Shown piece after piece: positions 1-12,098 of a stretch of DNA of 64,000 nucleotides. The notes under the pieces are model-generated. The model was given only the letters and a program-made list of their open reading frames with translations, made no database searches and had not been told where the DNA came from. A program made the position numbers and the translations under genes. The DNA is from Salisapilia sapeloensis CBS 127946 (lineage: Eukaryota > Protista > Oomycota), in assembly GCA_023334545.1 (NCBI GenBank), contig JAADVB010000081.1, positions 5,734 to 69,733 on the forward strand, read 5' to 3'. Positions within the stretch are counted from its first letter, which is position 1. Each line of letters begins with the position of its first letter.

Positions 1-3000
1 GGTAATAAAGCTACTGGGCCTAGGCCCGCGCAAGTATGTCCAGGACGCGTTTAACACCTTTGATGCTTTTGTCGTGATCATGGGAACGCTAGAAATGATT
101 ACTACGCCGCCTACATTTATAACAGGAGATACGGAGTCTACAAAGGCAGCAGTGTCCGCGCTCAGGTGTTTTCGTCTCTTTCGAGTCTTTAAACTCGCAC
201 GGAATTGGCGATCGTTACGAGAGCTGCTAGCAATGATTGCAAGAGCTGTGGCTAGTATCGCGAACTTTGCTGTGCTTCTTCTTCTCATGATCTACATCTA
301 TGCTCTAATCGGCCTCCAACTCTTTGCCAATACCTTGCACTTTGATGAACACGGGTACGTGATGAAAGTGGATCAAGGGATTGACTTTTGGCGTGGAGAG
401 GTAAGCTACTACTTGTTGATTAAATGAGTCGTTGGAACTAAATATGTCATGATTGTGCATGACTGGTATAGGTACCTCGCAACAACTTTGACAGTCTCTT
501 GTGGTCCTGCCTAACTGTCTTTCAAGTTATTACGGGTGAAAATTGGAATACGATTATGTACGACGGAATTAGAGCCAACGGTGCAGTTGCCGGTGCATAC
601 TTTATATCTCTGGTAGGACTTCTGATATTCCACTTTGCTTCCTCATGTTTTGATATGAAGGCTAACAGAGATAATTGACGTAGATCATCTTTGGAGACTT
701 TATATTGATGAACTTGTTTCTCGCCTTGCTACTTGATAACTTTAGTGGGAATAATGAGAATGATGGAGAGAAAGAGGACAGAGAGGAAGGAATGAAGCAA
801 CTAGTGCAAAAGATGTCTACAATGAAAGTAGTTCCAGAATTTACACAGACTTTACGTCGATCATCTCGAATGCCAATACTAGCCTCTCGAACGAGTATGA
901 TATCATCCCTACATGGAATTGACGGGAAGATCGACGAGGGTGATAGTGGTGACGAAGACGCAGAATCAGTCGACCTCGATCAGTTGTCGAAAGACCTTGA
1001 GAACTATTCACGGTTACATTCAGCTAGTCTTGCTCGGCAATCTGTACGGTCCAATCGTTCGTTCAGGCACTCCGCCGAGGGTGATTTAGGTAGAAGCCGA
1101 AAGTCATCTTTTATTCCTTCCAGCGACAAGCCTGAAGAAGTTGATGAAGCGAAACCCAAAGACGAGGATGATGCATTCTTTCCACTACCACCTCAAGGCA
1201 AGTCACTCCTTCTCTTTCCTGAAACAAACCGATGGAGACAAAAAGCCTTTCAGCTCATCTCTCACCCGTGGTTTGATTCCTTGGTACTCGTACTCATCAT
1301 CTTCTCGTCCTTGGCATTGGCCGTGGACGATCCTATCGCGGACGAAATGGCGCCAAAAGCAATGATTTTGAAAAAGCTGGACCTTATCTTTAATGTCTTG
1401 TTTTTGATCGAAATGCTGCTGAAAGTCTTTGCACTGGGATTGGTGTGGCATAAAGATGCTTATCTGCGGAACTCGTGGAACATATTGGACTCCATCATCG
1501 TAATGTCATCTATGATCATGATGGCAGGTGATGGAAACAAGTTCAAGTTTTTACGGTCTCTTCGGACACTTCGGACGCTGCGACCTCTTCGAATGATCAG
1601 CCGTCGACCAGGTTTACGTCTAGTCGTCAACTCTTTAATCGAAGCGATACCGGCAGTCGTGAACGTGTCGTTTGTTTCGTTGCTAATCTTTCTCATCTTC
1701 AGTATAGTTGCCGTGACGTATTTGAAAGGGACGTACTATCGCTGTCAAGGCGATGTCTTCGAGTCCTTGACAGAGGAGCAGCAAGAGTTCTTGACGTTTC
1801 CAGTAGTGTGGACGAACATGACAATGCATCAACAGCAATGGTTTGATGGTAATGCATCTTGTATCGAGTTCAGCTCCAGTCCAAAAGCAAGAATCACATC
1901 GAGATATATATGCGAGTGCTTTGGAGCCGAGTGGGGGCCATCGCTTCTCGAGAATCAAAATTTTGACAATGTCGGCTACGCGCTCATGACGTTCTTTGAG
2001 ATTTCGACGACAGAGGGCTGGGCAGATGTGATGATGGCAGGAATGGATGCTACGGAAGTGGACATGCAGCCGATTGTAGACTACAACAAGCCCATGTCAT
2101 TGTTCTTTGTCGCCTTCATTTTCATCGGAAGTTTCTTTGTCGTCAACCTTTTGGTAGGTGTGATCATCGACAACTTTAATCGGATGAAGGCAGCATTAGG
2201 TGGAGACTTTTTATTAACACCAGAGCAGCGAAAGTGGATTGAAGCTCAGAGAGCTGCTTCTCGAGTTGGACCTGTACGTATATTAAAGCCGCCCAAGAAT
2301 CCCGTTCGAAAGTATATATTCATGTTTGTCCGAAGTATCTACTTTGAATGGTTCATCATGGGATGTATCATTGGCAATACGCTCTTGATGGCAACAATGT
2401 ACTTTGGCGTATCATCCCTCCAACAGCTCTTGATGGATATTATAAACTACATCTTTGCCGCCATCTTCACGGTCGAAGCGATCCTAAAGCTATTTGCATT
2501 CGGATGGGCATACTTTGAAGATGCATGGAACAAGTTTGACTTTTTTGTCGTCTCAGGAACGCTCGTTAGTATCATCGTTGAACGCGTGACGGACACCTCC
2601 GTCCGGACACTCACAACGTTCGTACGTATATTTCGCGTCACTCGTATTCTACGACTCGTCAAGGCTTCCAAAAGCATTCGACAGATCATGCTGACGTTGT
2701 ACATTGCCCTCCCAGGTCTTAGTAACATCGCATCCATCCTCTTTCTGCTCATTTTTATCTTCGCTACGATGGGTGTCCAGCTCTTTGCCACCGTTGAGTT
2801 ACATAACAACATTGATTCTCATGCAAACTTTCAAAACTTTGGCATGGCTACGTTATTCCTCCTGCGTGCAGCCACCGGTGAGTCTTGGAACAATTGCATG
2901 CACGACCTTGCCACGAGCACCCCAGACTGTGTAAATGAGTTCGTATACGACCCGAACTTGTGCGATTACACCACGACGGAAGATTGTGTCCCATTAAAAG

Positions 3001-3763
3001 GGTGTGGTAACTTAAGCGCCTACGTCTACTTTTGCCTCTACACGCTCCTCGTGACATACGTGATGCTAAACCTGACTATCGCTGTCATTCTTGAAGGTTT
3101 CTCGTCTTCCCATGAAGACGATGAACCTCTGTTTGAACCAGAGCTTTTGGATGAGTTCCGAAAGAAATGGGCTGAAATCGATCCTCGTGCAACTGGATTC
3201 GTGAGCGTGCTGAAGCTCAAGACGCTTATTAACATTCTGGAACCTCCGCTAGGAAGATATGGGACGCTACTAGATAAGCACGAGCTACTAAGCTACATGA
3301 GTATGAAGCATCAACTAGCTCCTAAGGCTCTAGATATGTACTAATATGTACTTTTTAAATATAGGTGACTTGGATCTGCCGCTGTATGAAGGCGAGCGCG
3401 TCCTCTTCAAGGATGTGCTACTAGCCATGGCTCGAGAAATGGTGAAAGAGGTGCGTACACTTTTAGTCGTATAAAGCACGTGTTATCTTATATTCACTTT
3501 CGATCTATTAGGCAGTGTCAGGAGATCCGAATGCTATTGTGACAATGGCATCTCCACCAGATGAAGAGTTTGCGCACGAACGCATTGACTTTTTCGCCCA
3601 CGAGTACTTTGCCGTCGTCGTCATGCAACGAAGTGTCGTGGACTGGTTACGGACAAAGAGACGATTAGAAAAGCAGTACATGGAAGAGTATAAGAACAAG
3701 ATTAAGAAACCGAGTGGTCGACCGAAAAAGGTGCGGGATGCACGCGTGTACACAATTGCATAG
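1..3763 (+). CDS. Four-domain voltage-gated Ca2+ channel alpha subunit, 5'-truncated at the window edge (end of domain II through the C-terminus). Introns about 401-471, 613-683, 3301-3364, 3451-3511.
   Basis: S4 Arg repeats ([13 protein letters not shown]; [13 protein letters not shown]; [13 protein letters not shown]). Pore loops ITGENW (DII, in the spliced exon 472-612), STTEGW (DIII) and ATGESW (DIV). GT-AG introns restore the frame. EF-hand-like and IQ-like C-terminal segment. Confidence 0.92.
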
Positions 3764-3780
3764 ACATCAACTCGTAGAAA

Positions 3781-3796
3781 TATATATATATATATA
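3781..3796. repeat. (TA)8 microsatellite in the 3' intergenic region
   Basis: tatatatatatatata read directly from the sequence. Confidence 0.85.
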
Positions 3797-3880
3797 TTCC
3801 AAAAGAAGATTTCACTAGTGTTGTATCGGATGTTTGTGGTTTATTGATCCAAAACAGCGTTTGAAATGGAGAATCTAGGT

Positions 3881-4421
3881 CTATCTACGTCGTCCTCGGT
3901 CTCGACCTCGTCCACTCCGGCGGCTGTCACTTGTACCTACATCAATGCGTTCATATTCATTCTCATCTATCATACACATGAAACGTACTTGGTTTAAATG
4001 CCCAGTTGACGCTAATCTTTTCACCCAAAATCTCTGTGCCATCCAGTCGAGCGATAGCATCCTTGGCCGCATCGAACTCCTCGAACTCGACGAGCGCATA
4101 CCCTTTCACGAAACCTGTGCGCCGGTCTAGATTCAAATGCATGTTCTTCACAGGGGCATCTTCACCGAATGCATCCATCAAGTCATCCTGCTGTGCCTCT
4201 TCATGCACACCAGTGACGAAGAGAATCCAGCCTTCGATCGATTTAGCTGCGTCCTGTTTGTCCTCATCCTTATAGTCGAGTTTTTCGAAAACCCCGCTGC
4301 TGCCACCATATCTCTCAGTATCCATAGCCGCTCGACGAGGACCCCGGCCTTTTACATTATTTCTAGGACTCATAGAGTCGCTCGTATCATCCGAATATCG
4401 TCCTCCTCGCTCTACTTCCAT
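3881..4421 (-). CDS. RBM8A: RNA-binding protein 8A / Y14 (exon junction complex); intron 3937-3988
   Basis: RRM SIEGWILFVTGVHEEA...HLNLDRRTGFVKGYALVEF is the Y14 signature. Splicing gives an Arg-rich C-terminus (SRRSGRGRDRGRRR*). The start codon could be 4421 or 4373. Confidence 0.93.
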
Positions 4422-4564
4422 TATTTTTTCTAATGTCGTGACTTGTTGCTCGAGGTCAAATGGTACCGTCTCTACATACAATTGACAAGTGTAAAGCGCA
4501 CGCTTGCCAGTCGGAACGGTACGAGACTTGGCCAACGAGTACTCGGTCTCTATTCGACAAGACG

Positions 4565-6012
4565 ATGATGACCGAGTCGGAGGAAACTCCATCACCCACC
4601 AGCAATGAACAGGAATCCAGGGACCACCATGAAGCAGTGGATGTAGCGGAAATGGAAGATAAACCAGAACCGAGTATAAATTCAAAGGAACGTCCTGCTC
4701 GACCGCAATTGACACTCGACACGGATCAGATAAGCCCCAGCGTAGGCAAGTCGAGGTTCCTAGAGTCGATGAATCTAGACTCTCCTACTGAATCCACTGT
4801 CATGGACGACGACGATGACGACATGTCCGAGTATGACGCCGAGACACCTCAGACGAAAAAGCTCCAAGGCCAGCATGATCAGAACTTTCGCGTCAATGGC
4901 ATCATCGTCGACCATGAGGTCGTCGGAGGTGCTCGACCGAATTGGCAATACATGTACGAAGTCCTGTTCAAAAGCAGCACTCCATCCGGCCAACGTATCG
5001 CCGTCATCCTCCTCGTCTTCGTCTCCATGAGCGTCGTTGTTGGTATCTTTACCTTTTATATCTACGAGGCAACATATTCTCATCCTATCTCTACCTCATA
5101 GCTGTGCTGGATAGTGTCGAGGAAATACGGTATGCAGTCATATACTGGTATCTCTACGATCGCATCTAACCCCCTGCCTCTAGTTTCTACATTGGCGACA
5201 TCTTACTCGTACTAGAGATCCTCTTCACGGCTTTCTTCTCCATCGAGTACCTCCTCCGACTCGTATGTCTCCAACGACCACTTGAATTTATCCTCAGCCT
5301 CCTCGGCTTTGTCGATATCTGTGCACTCGTGCCATCCTATCTAGGTCTACTCCTACCGACTGCAAGACCTCTTCTCCATCTAGCTGTCTTACGTATCTTT
5401 CGCGTCATGCGAGTCTTTCGTGTCTTGCGCATGGCTCGATTCGTCGATGCCGCAGCGGCTTTAAACGATAACATTCACGCCAACAAACGGCGTATCGTCG
5501 TCTTCCTCGTCGGTATGTTCAGTCTTATCCTCGTCATCGGCTGTGCCATGTACTTGATCGAAGGAGACCGATACGAGTTCTCCAACATACCCATCAGTCT
5601 CTACTGGACTGTCGTCACCATCACGACCGTCGGGTATGGAGATATCTTTCCTCTTACGGTCATGGGACGTATCCTAGCTACCATCGTCATGCTCGCGGGT
5701 TACGGCATCATCGCCTGCCCGCTCGTGTTGAACCAGTCGGCTGGTATCGATGCACTCACGGACATCAATGAGTGTCCGCGATGCTACCGTCGACAGCATC
5801 AAGAAGACGCCAACTTCTGCCGTGTCTGCGGTGCAGCGCTACGACAGCCACAAGCCAAGACGATTCGTATGCGTCGAGAACGCGTTCGAATGGCCAAGCT
5901 GAGGCGAATGGCGCAACGTACACCATCCACCGCGCGATCGACAAGCCATCTCCTTCAAGACGACTTCAACTCGCCTCGATCCGACGCGCCATGCGATGCA
6001 AAGACTGCATGA
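4565..6012 (+). CDS. 6TM voltage-gated-type potassium channel with a C-terminal zinc-ribbon-like motif; introns about 5043-5101 and 5130-5183
   Basis: S4 RIFRVMRVFRVLRMAR; K+ filter TTVGYGD; C-terminal CPRC...NFCRVCG; splicing joins S1-S3 in frame. Confidence 0.88.
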
Positions 6013-6341
6013 CTTGCTTTTTGTATACGACTGCGTCCTCTCCACTTTAGACTACAAGACGACGTTTTTTCTTTTCTTTCTAGCCTTTTTATCTTTCAAC
6101 TGTCAATGCATCCTTGTGACGTTTCACTTTGTCGAGCATGGGAAGCTACGGCCATGTCTAAACGTCAAGACGTTTCCTCTACTTGCCTACTCGACCGTAC
6201 CTTCGCATTCGGTGCGTCGAGGGCGGTTTCAATCTCCAAGGGCCGTTTTACTTTGAAGTTGATGGCGGTTGAAGCGACGCAGGAGGGATGACCTGTGGTC
6301 ATGATGTGGAGGACGCTATATAGTTGTATACTAGAGACAAG

Positions 6342-8502
6342 ATGTCGCCCCGCCAAGGCAACATGCTACGCGATGGAGAACAAGAACGTGAAAGCGCGGC
6401 AAGTACGGAACGGCTGACCATGCTTCGATCACCTAGCGCCAGTCCAGGTGCAGCGCCATTTGATGAGAACAATCCGTGTCCGTTCGTCACAGGTACCTAC
6501 AGCGAAGATGAAGACCAGAACATGGAAGTCATGCGGTCGACGCCCGGCGTTGCTTTCTCGCCATCACCGGTCGAGCATGAGGACGTCAAGCAGAGCAAAA
6601 GCCAAGTGAAATTCGCCTCTCTTGCAGACGACTTCCCCGTTGCCACGACTGGCACAGCTCTCCCCCTCGCGACACAGTCGTGCGCACAAGAGGCGGGTGG
6701 TGTCAACTTCTTTGCTAGTCCGTTCCACGGCCGACAATCACCTGCGCGTGCGGAGACGACTCAGATTGAAGAGATCGCACAGGCGGAGGAATCACAGGTG
6801 CTGTACAAGGAAGGCAACTTGAAAGGCGTGACGTTCGTCGCAGCATCCCATCGGAGTAGCTCTCCGTTGTGCGAAGAGAAAGTTGCTGCAGACAAAGTCA
6901 TTCGGCAACAAAGGAGGTCTCCTTTTCAACTCCATGCGTCTAGTCCACTGCCATTGTATAGCTACGACGCGAGTAAGGATGATATGGACGAAATGGAGGT
7001 AGGTGCTGCTCTAGAGCACTTTGTCCATAGATCCTCACGTTGTACTTGTAGGAAGTGCGATGGAATCTGCAGGAACAAGTCTTCCAAAGGTACACAGAAC
7101 TGAGGCAGCAAGAGCCAGAGATGGGGACACTCGAGATTCGAGACAAGTAAGGTTGACAATACGATAGACAGGATGGCGCTAATGTTTGCTACGACTGTAG
7201 TCGGACGTTCTTCCGCTCAGGCAAACGGAGGGAAGCAGTGATGATGGAGAAGCGATTCTACGAAGCTCGTTACAGAGAAGTAAGTTGTATATATTAAGAC
7301 AGACAGTAGTAGCACTGACATGTTGGACGACAGACGCAGGACACGCAGTGGTTTGAGAAACGTCTCAAGGAGTTTGAAGAGCCCTACAAGAATTTCTGTG
7401 TAAGGTTCTATACATGCTTTTGGTCGTAGATGGTAGCTTAGATGGATATGATAGATGGAAGAGAAGAAACACAAGCTGGCTATGGTCCAAGCGCATCTTC
7501 AAAAGAGTACGTCCATCGTCCATACTGTTTCCTGTGACGGCATTGTAATAACCTTGGATGTATCGCAGCGTCACCTTTTAAGAAACTCCCGATCCTATGC
7601 AACCGGTTCCTGCTCGTGTGTCTTCGAGGACGAGGAGGCAACGGAGAAGTATGGGAAGTGCTCGACTATCAACAGGGTCAACGCCGCGTCGCGATCAAAC
7701 TCTCGACGGCGCAACGATATCTTCGAGAAGAACACTGTACGCACGTGGTAAGTCGTTAAAGTTGCTTATTTTTCCCCGCACAATGCTCATTTCATGTACC
7801 AAAAGCGACTGCAACACCCGCACATTGTACTCGTTGGTGGCAATGCATTCGCGTTCGAGTATCGGCAGCAGATCTATTCTGCGTTCATGCAAGAGTGCAT
7901 CAAGTCAGACTTGCAGCAAGAGCTCGACCTGTGCGACTGTCTGCCAGAGCCGACGTCCCTCAAGATGCTTTATCAACTCTTGACAGCCTTACTCTATCTA
8001 CATGAAGAGGTAGTGTCTGCTAGTACAAGGTGGCCAAAACATTCTCATATATGTTTCCTCTTAGCAAAAGATCGCGCACTACGACTTAAAGCCGTCCAAC
8101 ATTCTCGTGTGCGAAGATATGACGATAAAGCTAACTGACTTTGGTCTCGCGCGCCATGTTGATGCGCAAACGGCAACTTCGACCATTGGTACCCTTCGGT
8201 ATCTCCCACCCGAGTGTTTCCGAGACCGAGGAGATGCGACCGTTGGAACAGCCGAAAAGGCTGACGTGTGGATGGTCGGCGTCGTCTACGCACTGATGAT
8301 CTGGGGCAAGCACCCGATCTTGGGTGACCGGTCGGCGCGAGAAGACGCGAAAAATCTCATCGGCAACTTCAACGGCAACGTTCGGATCCCGAAACCCACG
8401 TCGGAAGTGTCACGGAAGATCATCCAGAGTTGCCTCCAGTTGGACCCGCGACAGCGACCGACGACGAGGGAGCTGCTGCAGGCAATGACGCAAGGCGTAT
8501 AG
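6342..8502 (+). CDS. Tousled-like Ser/Thr protein kinase, divergent; 7 inferred introns (about 7000-7051, 7147-7200, 7280-7338, 7400-7454, 7507-7568, 7748-7805, 8010-8064)
   Basis: Spliced translation gives PILCNRFLLVCLRGRGGNGEVW..VAIK, LQHPHIV, HYDLKPSNIL, DFG, GTLRYLPPECF and ADVWMVGV. HYDLKP and YLPPECF are characteristic of TLK. Low-complexity N-terminus followed by a coiled coil. Confidence 0.8.
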
Positions 8503-8559
8503 GTCAACTACATCAAAGTACTATTAAAGAAAAAAGAAAAGAGTGTAGTTGTAGCGAAG

Positions 8560-10200
8560 ACGATAAAAACAATTAGACTTGCATCCATCCCTAGTGCTTC
8601 TTGGTGAGTTGCCGTAAAAATTTGGAGGTGCAGGAGATAGGAAGCGATTCTCGGCAAGTAGAGAGACAAGGGATACAGACAGCTCCCTGGATGTGAAGAT
8701 ACATGGACCAAACCACGGATGCAAGACGCAGCGCTGCTGAAAATTTCCAAGAGATGCTTGTGCACTGGATAGGAAGCACGTTCAAGTTACTGTCTAGGAA
8801 GGCATGATAATTTCCATGGGTATTGCTCGGTTACTGAAAGGCCGAGTTAGATACGATACGAACATGTGCAGCGTAAGCGTCCAGAGGGTATGGAGGACAT
8901 GTCAATACTTCAGAATGCGTGCGCTACACTCCGAGTTACCCGGCCGATTTTTGGATACGGAAGTTTGCAATGAATCAAGTTGAACTTGGAGGTTGCATAC
9001 GCTACGTGCATCTGAGTGTATGTCGACAATGCAAGCGATATTTTCATGATGAACACGGTGAATTCGAATCGAGTATGGAAGCTGCTTGCTTTTCTCTGTG
9101 CTGTATACTGTCTGCCGGAAGCATCTCATATCGGTATTTACAATTCCTTATCGATGACGACAATTTTCGCACGTAAATTTTTGAAGGCAGTCTACCACAA
9201 CAGTGCACTGCCGTGCGCACATATCATGCCAAGGTTGTGAAGAACATACAATCGTCAGCTGGCATGGTCGAGGAGGACGCAAGGTTTAGATCTTGAGACT
9301 GACCGGCCAGCCTCCGAAACGACGCTCGGCTTGTCACATGGCGTCCATATATGCGCCGCATCATCTTTATCTTTTAGGCAGAATCGTACGAGATGCAATG
9401 TGTTTCACAGGAAGGCTATTTCATGTGGTATAACGTGTTGTACTACCTTGATCGTGCGAGTTCGCTAGAACCTTGTGCAAGTACCATCTTCTATCTCCAC
9501 TTCGAAATGATCGCTCCATTTTCTACCTCGCGACGTTGTACCTGTATAAGATCGATTGGTAGCCATAACGATTTGGACCTTGCGTGCACTTGATGTTGCC
9601 GCATAAAGATAGGTGGTGGTGTTGACGAAAACAACGCGCATCGTCGGCAATGCAGTTGAAGCTTGAAGCAAGCTTTTTTGAACGCATGTTTCTGCCCGGC
9701 TTCGAGTGTCGTCGGGAGGTGATGAAGCTCGTACAGCCAACGATAGTCGTGTCAGCACTTCGGCTTCCACCGTCGTTGCATCCTGCACGATACTTGTAAA
9801 TTTTTTAATTGACGTGACCGTGGTGGTATCCAGCTGGAAGTAAATAGCGAATCTTGAATGGCCATGCGCTGGTTGCCACAAAGTGGGTTCATGGCCAGTC
9901 AGTGGTTGCAACAGGGTTTTGGTTTCGAACAGCGCGATGTAAGGTACGACCACGAGGCAATGATTGCCATTGGTTCGACGAAACTACACGTACGCCCGTT
10001 CCGAAGATACAGCACGTGCTCATCAATGAGTGAAGACGTGAAGAAAGAGCTTACGTGGTAGAAAGAATAAGAGTGGAAGGACGTCTCAGCTGGCGCGAGG
10101 CACTGGCTGTGCGAAATGTTGAATTTCAAACTGTTGAATTTCAAGTGATTTTTTGCAAAAGCCAGCAACACATCTCTATTCCAACATCTGCAGACTGTCC
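8560..10200 (-). CDS. Putative multi-exon hypothetical gene; boundaries approximate
   Basis: Donor GTAAGC near 10057 and acceptor GTGTAG near 9990 join an upstream exon in frame to the 162-aa ORF 9465-9953. No recognisable domain, and the downstream exons are unresolved. Confidence 0.35.
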
Positions 10201-10283
10201 ATGCCGTTTGACACGGTGCAATCGCAGGTTTGAAAAGCGGCCAGAACCGAATTAGCACGCCAAGACGTAAATGCCCAAATTGG

Positions 10284-10682
10284 ATGAAGCGGTCCAGAGC
10301 CTACGAAGACCTCGTCGCACTCGAATCGACGCATACCAAGCCTCGATGCAGACACTTTGGCAGTAAACGACAAAAGACCGACAAGATTGCCAAAGAGCTG
10401 TCACTTGACCATCTCGTCCTAGACGACGAGCGAGATGACCTCGACCATCCCGAAGAGGCGCATTGCGACTTCACCATATCACCTACGGAAATCTCCTTTC
10501 TACAGAACGACGATAAGACCGACAAACTATTCGCACTACCGGACTCGACGACCCACTCGCGACTGCGACGAAATCGCGTCCGACTAGAAGCACTTCATCT
10601 GAGTTCGTTCGAAAAGCGCTTGGCGCCATACATCGAATGCCGGACCATGGCACTTCAGCCGCTGCACCAGCACAACGCGTAA
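10284..10682 (+). CDS. Hypothetical protein, about 132 aa
   Basis: Single-exon ORF with coding-like composition; no motif recognised. Confidence 0.55.
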   Translation: MKRSRAYEDLVALESTHTKPRCRHFGSKRQKTDKIAKELSLDHLVLDDERDDLDHPEEAHCDFTISPTEISFLQNDDKTDKLFALPDSTTHSRLRRNRVRLEALHLSSFEKRLAPYIECRTMALQPLHQHNA

Positions 10683-10839
10683 AGCTGCTTCTCCGCCCTT
10701 CATCTCGTCGAAGATGGCGTACCGCTCGTGTACCGGTCTTCTTCAAGTCGTTGAAGAAACGGAAGACTTGGCTGCTTCTTGCTATTTAAATAGAAAGTTA
10801 TACAATTCTTGCAATCTACTTATGGTTTTATTTCTCTAT

Positions 10840-12098
10840 TTATGCATATGGGTTCCATTGACTATGTCCGCCAGGAGGTGGACGTCTCGAGCTACTCGAC
10901 ATGGTACTACGTCCAGAGTCCGATGGCGTCGCAATGCGTCGACCGTGGTCCACCCACGGACTACGATTTCCATACTGATGACTGATCTGGTTGCCTGATC
11001 CGAAGGTCGCAGGTTCGTGGCTCGACACGCGCTGCTTGAATTGCTGTTGCTGAACCAACTTGGACAAGGGCGAAGTAGCTCCGTGACGAGCCGACGAAAG
11101 GCTTTGGTAACTTGAAGTTGGCGGCGGGCCATAGCTCTGGCAGCTGGAAGTGGATCGAGATCCAACGGAGCTGCCACGACGCGCAAGCCACAGCCGGCGC
11201 TTCTTCTCCCAATTCTGATCGCGCTTGGAGCTTGTTAATGGTGGCTGCTGCGTCCAAGTAGAAGAAACGGTGCTGTTCCCACGAGATAACGAAGCTTCTC
11301 TACCAAAGGAAGAGTACGATGGCTGATGGTTCATATCTGCGCCTCCGGTTGGATAGTAGCTATCTCCTTCCACCCGATGAGCGTCAAGTCGATTGTTAGC
11401 TGATGCCGTCGATGGGTGGAGATCGCTGCGATAGCTACCAGCAGTTGGCGGTATCAAAGGATCTTGGTAACCTCGCATGCCAGATGCAGCTGAGATACTT
11501 TCCTCATACGCACCCGAGCTTGGTGGGCTCCGGATCATATGCTCTCCACTTCCATACGCATTCGTGGTAGGCATAGCCTGATCTCGGTAATAACTTGAAG
11601 TCGGTGGCGGTCTGGCCAGCCCAGCTTCGCCACGATAGCTGCCAGAAGTAGGTGGAGCCTGATCTGCGTAATAGTTTGAAGTAGGAGGCGGTCGGGACAT
11701 TGCAGTGTCTACACGATAGCTGCCAGAAGTAGGTGGAGCCTGGTCTCCATAGTAGCTAGTAGGTGGAGGTCTGGACACTGCAGTTTCGCCACGATAGCTG
11801 CCTGACGTTTGTGGAGGTTGTACAGCCGATTGCAATCGACTATTCTCGGTCGTACTCGGACAGTCGTACATTTTAAAGTGTTGCTCGGAGACGGGCGAGT
11901 CGTGGACTTCGCTTCGTGGTGGATCCATCGACCCAAAGCCACCAGCACCTACATACTCATCCTGTTCAGCGTACATGCTCCTTTTAACGCAAATATATCG
12001 ATGATACCAAATCCGAGAGAGGAGCGACCACCAGGAGGAGCGTGTAGCCTAGTCGAGCTTCGCTTTACATGCATGTCCGCAGACGTTAGTGTCGACAT
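10840..12098 (-). CDS. Low-complexity protein (399 aa) with SPIRAL1/Jupiter-type PGG motifs at both ends and internal Pro/Ser/Tyr tandem repeats; intron 11949-12007
   Basis: Exon 1 MSTLTSADMHVKRSSTRLHAPPGGRSSLGF splices in phase 1 into the long ORF; C-terminus RRPPPGGHSQWNPYA. Confidence 0.75.
11575..11815 (-). repeat. Coding tandem repeat, about 3 units of 78-81 bp (26-27 aa: PPTSGSYRGxxxxxRPPPTSxYYxDQA)
   Basis: acgatagctgcc(agaagtaggtggagcctg) recurs at about 11632, 11712 and 11791. Confidence 0.85.

Noticed and set aside
7569-7750. Apparent pseudokinase with a degenerate G-loop (YATGSCSCVF in ORF 7455-7751)
   Set aside because: Wrong frame; the spliced frame has a canonical GRGGNGEV loop and VAIK lysine
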